DNA from: an uncultured virus (IMG/VR IMGVR_UViG_3300044970_001083)
Lineage: Duplodnaviria; Heunggongvirae; Uroviricota; Caudoviricetes
IMG/VR virus record: IMGVR_UViG_3300044970_001083
Reading direction: 5' to 3' (one strand)
DNA: 20,000 bases
Below, piece by piece: positions 16,461-20,000 of the stretch. Both the position numbers and the translations under genes were made by a program. The notes beneath the pieces were generated by a model that had not been told where the DNA came from, did not search any database, and worked only from the letters and a program-made list of their open reading frames with translations. Within the stretch, counting starts at the first letter, position 1. The number at the start of each line of letters is the position of its first letter.

Positions 16461-18404
16461 TTATGCTTTTAAATCTCCCATTACAACCCAAAGATTTGCT
16501 GCTCTCTTAAATAATGTTGCTGATGACCATTGTGCACGAAGTTTTAATCCAGGAGTTGCATTTACTGTTGTTGTTCCTGGTGTTACTGCTTCAATTGTCA
16601 CTTCGCCAGTATTTGTTCGAAGAATATCAATTGATGTTCCGACTGGATAATTAAGTGTAGCATCTGTTGGGATTAAAACCTTAACTGCAGTTCCACCTGT
16701 ATGTGAAACTTCAATTAATGAGTCTCTTTCATTTGCTGCTGAAAGGGTGTATTCTGCTGTCTTCTGAATAATTGATGTCCGTGATGGAACACCTTCTTTT
16801 GTTTGTGTACCGTCGGTAAAAATAAATCCACCAGCAGTTGTACTAATAACTGAAGTTCCGTTTACTTTAAGATCTTTTCCTGAAGCAAGGTTGATATGCT
16901 CGGAAGATGTCCAAGAATCTGTAGAATCTACCCAGTTAAAGGTTTTGTCTGTTGCGCCTTTAAGTGTAATACCTCCGCCATCTGCAGTTGTATCAGTAGG
17001 AGTTCCTGTATCTCCAAGAACAATGTTTTTGTCTTCAATAACAAGGTTAGTTGAGTTAAGGTTTGTTGTAGTTCCATTAATCGTTAAGTTTCCAGAAAGA
17101 GTTAAGTCTGTTCCAGAAACGGCTCCTGTAAATGTTGCTCCAGTAAGAGAAGCCTTAGCGTCTAACTGTGTTTGAATGGCTGAAGTTACCCCATCAACGT
17201 AGTTAAGTTCTGTAGTTGATGTGGTTACACCATCAAGAATGTTAAGTTCTGCTGCTGTAGAAGTAATAGAACTTCCAGCAATCTGTAAAGTTGTGGCGTT
17301 TACTTCGCCTGCAGAGCCATAAATAACTGCTTTGCTATTTGCAATAGTTCCTGCTGATGATCCATCTACTAAGTTAAGTTCTGCTGCTGTAGAAGTAATA
17401 GAAGTGCCAGCAATTTGTAAAGTTGTAGCATTTACTTGGCCTGCTGGACCATAAATTACTGCCTTGCTATCTACAATTGTTCCAGCAATAGATCCATCTA
17501 TTAAATTAACTTCTGATGCTGTTGCAGTGACATCTGTTGCACCTGCTGAAAGAACATGTGTATGACCTGTTCCTGCTTTTCCATCAATCTGTCCTTGAAT
17601 TCCAGCAGAAACTCCTTCTAGGTACCCTATTTCTGTTGAAGATAGATCTCCAATTGATGTGGTACTTGGAAGAGTTACTGTTCCAGTAAATGTAGGACCT
17701 GCTAGTGCTGCTTTAGCATCTAACTGAGTTTGAATTGCTGAGGTTACACCATTAAGATAACTAATTTCAGTATTTGATACATCTGCAACAACTGCTTGCT
17801 TATTGTCTAATTGTGTTTGAATTGCTGAAGTAACACCAGCAAGATATCCTAATTCTGTTGATGTTGCACCAGTTGCACTAAGGTTTCCTGTTGTAACAAC
17901 AGTTCCGCTTACGTTTGGAAATGTAATAGTTCTATCGGCTGTAGGATCTGTTACTGTTAAAGTGGTTTCATAATCGTTTGCTGTAGTACCTTCAAAAACA
18001 ATTCCTGTTGTAGCATTAATTGTTGTGCTGTTAATAGTAGTGGTTGTACCACTTACTGTTAAATCTCCTGAAACGGTAACGTTTCCACTACCATCGGACA
18101 AAACAACTGTGCCTGTTGCATCTGGAAATGTAATTGTACGGTCTGCTGTAGGATCTGTTACGGCAAGAGTTGTTTCAAATGCGTTGTCTGTAGCACCTTC
18201 AAATGTAATGCTTGAACCAAATGATGGGTTTACTGTAGAGGATTGGTCAATAAAGTAGTCAATATTTGCCCAGTGGTTAGTGCCATCACCGATCTTAAAC
18301 TTATTAGTGTCTGATTCCCATCCGATTTCACCAGCATTTAGTATTGGGTTTGCTGATGTCCATTGTGCTGCAGTACCTCTGCGTTGCTGCATTCTTGTTG
18401 CCAT
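16461..18404 (-). CDS. Tail fibre protein with Mtd_N/hyaluronidase-type N-terminus and internal repeats (647 aa)
   Basis: N-terminus MQQRRGTAAQWTSANPILNAGEIGWESDTNKFKIGDG. Thr/Gly/Ala-rich repeats (GVTSAIQTQLD). C-terminal W.V.GDL fibre-tip motif. AGGAGG SD. Confidence 0.85.
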   Translation of the reverse strand: MATRMQQRRGTAAQWTSANPILNAGEIGWESDTNKFKIGDGTNHWANIDYFIDQSSTVNPSFGSSITFEGATDNAFETTLAVTDPTADRTITFPDATGTVVLSDGSGNVTVSGDLTVSGTTTTINSTTINATTGIVFEGTTANDYETTLTVTDPTADRTITFPNVSGTVVTTGNLSATGATSTELGYLAGVTSAIQTQLDNKQAVVADVSNTEISYLNGVTSAIQTQLDAKAALAGPTFTGTVTLPSTTSIGDLSSTEIGYLEGVSAGIQGQIDGKAGTGHTHVLSAGATDVTATASEVNLIDGSIAGTIVDSKAVIYGPAGQVNATTLQIAGTSITSTAAELNLVDGSSAGTIANSKAVIYGSAGEVNATTLQIAGSSITSTAAELNILDGVTTSTTELNYVDGVTSAIQTQLDAKASLTGATFTGAVSGTDLTLSGNLTINGTTTNLNSTNLVIEDKNIVLGDTGTPTDTTADGGGITLKGATDKTFNWVDSTDSWTSSEHINLASGKDLKVNGTSVISTTAGGFIFTDGTQTKEGVPSRTSIIQKTAEYTLSAANERDSLIEVSHTGGTAVKVLIPTDATLNYPVGTSIDILRTNTGEVTIEAVTPGTTTVNATPGLKLRAQWSSATLFKRAANLWVVMGDLKA

Positions 18405-18438
18405 ATTATTTTCCTCCTACAGAAAATTTCTTATTTTT

Positions 18439-18447
18439 ATTATAACA
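18439..18447 (-). promoter_or_regulatory. Extended -10 promoter TGTTATAAT
   Basis: Exact consensus upstream of the 647-aa fibre gene. Confidence 0.75.
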
Positions 18448-18452
18448 GATAA

Positions 18453-18911
18453 TTAATTAAAGTTATCTGTTGCAACTCCTCCATCATAGGTATTTTCCCA
18501 TGATGAAGTGCTATAGTCTCCTGCGCTTACTAGAACACCTGGTTCATTATAAGCACCTCCAGAAACAAATGTACTTACAATAAGACCAGATCCATCAATT
18601 GCGGTATTGTGAATGTGGTCTTGTAATACTTCTGCATCTTCAAGAGTTGCAATTGCTACCCATTGAGATCCATAATAAACATGAACTCTTTCTGTTAATG
18701 TGTCAAACCAAAGATTTCCATTTGATGGAGAATTTGGTGCTGTTCCGCTAACAGTTACTCCTGCACTACCCGCAACACTATCAACATATGCTTTTGTTGC
18801 TGCATGTGTATTTTGAGTTGGAGTGGCAACTGTAACCGTTGATCCGAAAGTACCGCCATCGGCTACGACTAAGCCATGTTTTACCTTAAAATCTCTGTTT
18901 ACAGTTGCCAT
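18453..18911 (-). CDS. Small tail-fibre-associated protein (152 aa)
   Basis: Fibre-type motifs HAATKAYVD and SGTAPNSPSNGNLWFDT. AAGGAG SD. Confidence 0.7.
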   Translation of the reverse strand: MATVNRDFKVKHGLVVADGGTFGSTVTVATPTQNTHAATKAYVDSVAGSAGVTVSGTAPNSPSNGNLWFDTLTERVHVYYGSQWVAIATLEDAEVLQDHIHNTAIDGSGLIVSTFVSGGAYNEPGVLVSAGDYSTSSWENTYDGGVATDNFN

Positions 18912-18923
18912 TTAATCTCCTTT

Positions 18924-20000
18924 TTATGCCTCTATGTATGTCTTTGAAACCTTAACAGAAGTATCTGCTGCTGCTGCAGTAACTTGAAGAAGAACATTTC
19001 CACCGCTATAAACAGCATTTGTTGTTCCAAGTTCTGTATTGCTTATAACATTAGCATACTCTGTTACATAAACATTATTGTCACCATCTATAGCAACAAG
19101 CATTTCAATTACTTCAATGTTGCCAGACTTTTTCATCTGAATAACATACTTAGCAGCAGAATATGTTGTTGCTGAGAATGTATCAATTGTTGTTGCTGAA
19201 GTGCCAGCAGTTGCTGTTGCAGATCCAACAAGAGCATCTGGTAGAGCAAGGCTAGTACCTGTTGCTGCTCCAAGTTCTGGAGTTACAAGAGTTGGTGTAT
19301 TAGCAAATACCAGTGCACCAGTTCCTGTTTCATCAGTTACTGCTGAAGCAAGGTTTGCTGAAGAAGGGGTTCCCAAAAATGTTGCAACACCTGCTGCCAA
19401 ACCAGAAACATCATTTGCAATTCTTACTGTAAGTGTATTGTTTGCACCGCTGATTGTCTTGTTTGTAAGAGTTTCGGCTGCATCTTTAAGTGATGTTCCA
19501 TTAACCTTAAATTCTTTTCCTGAAGCAAGGTTTAAGTGTTCAGATGAGGTCCATGCATCAGTTGCATCTACCCATGAGAAAGTCTTGTCTGTAGCACCCT
19601 TAAGAGTAATACCACCACCATCAGCACCTGCATCTGTTGGAGATGTTACTGCACCAAGTGTAAGGTTCTTGTCATCAACTGTGATTTCTGTTGAGTTAAT
19701 TGTAGTTGTTGTACCGTTAACTGTTAGGTCCCCTGAAAGAACCAAAGATGTACCAGTTGCTGCACCAATGTTTGGTGTTACGAGTGTTGGTGTATTAGCA
19801 AAAACAAGTGCTCCAGTACCAGTCTCGTCTGAAATAATTCCAGCGAGTTCTGATGAAGATGTTGCTGCAAGTACGTTTAACTTATCTGTTGTTACAACAA
19901 GAGTCTTTGTGTTTGGAATAGTTGTACCATTGATAGAATCAGCAGTAGCAACACCAAGTGCTGGAGTTGTAAGTGTTGGGCTTGTAAGTGTCTTATTTGT
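18924..20000 (-). CDS. Tail fibre-like protein, 5'-truncated by the window edge
   Basis: The frame stays open past the listed start (19745) to position 20000 (TNKTLTSPTLTTPALG...). Contains repeated DETGTGALVFANTPTLVTP and TNKT motifs, and shares an 83-aa module with the 647-aa fibre. Confidence 0.85.
   Translation of the reverse strand, partial: TNKTLTSPTLTTPALGVATADSINGTTIPNTKTLVVTTDKLNVLAATSSSELAGIISDETGTGALVFANTPTLVTPNIGAATGTSLVLSGDLTVNGTTTTINSTEITVDDKNLTLGAVTSPTDAGADGGGITLKGATDKTFSWVDATDAWTSSEHLNLASGKEFKVNGTSLKDAAETLTNKTISGANNTLTVRIANDVSGLAAGVATFLGTPSSANLASAVTDETGTGALVFANTPTLVTPELGAATGTSLALPDALVGSATATAGTSATTIDTFSATTYSAAKYVIQMKKSGNIEVIEMLVAIDGDNNVYVTEYANVISNTELGTTNAVYSGGNVLLQVTAAAADTSVKVSKTYIEA

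Noticed and set aside
16461..18404. Diversity-generating retroelement suggested by the Mtd-like N-terminus
   Set aside because: There is no reverse transcriptase in the window, and the repeated modules are not a TR/VR pair differing only at adenines.
287..19175. The remaining short alternative-frame and plus-strand ORFs in the track
   Set aside because: They overlap well-supported minus-strand genes and lack RBSs or recognisable motifs.

Overview
This is a 20 kb segment of an AT-rich tailed dsDNA phage (Caudoviricetes). Every real gene is on the minus strand. In transcription order (right to left): three tail-fibre-like genes; a fibronectin-III / Pro-Phe-repeat / Hint-domain protein; a translationally coupled four-gene cassette (two prolyl-4-hydroxylase-like 2OG-Fe(II) oxygenases and two DUF6065/dUTPase-fold-like proteins); a class II B12-dependent ribonucleotide reductase; a 1199-aa lectin-like putative virion protein; a small hypothetical gene; portal; prohead protease with a nested scaffold; major capsid protein; and head-tail joining genes. 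The standout is 12215-16429. There, an FN3 protein carrying (PFF)6-PSFA-(PPPF)6 fused to an atypical Ser-initiated Hint domain lies directly upstream of two proline-hydroxylase-like enzymes, which suggests a phage-encoded system for autoprocessing and modifying a Pro-rich protein. A hairpin between the two parts sequesters the RBS of the enzyme cassette and contains an internal promoter. Eight extended -10 promoters (TGnTAyAmT) occupy nearly every intergenic gap. All family assignments come from motif recognition by eye; no database search was run.
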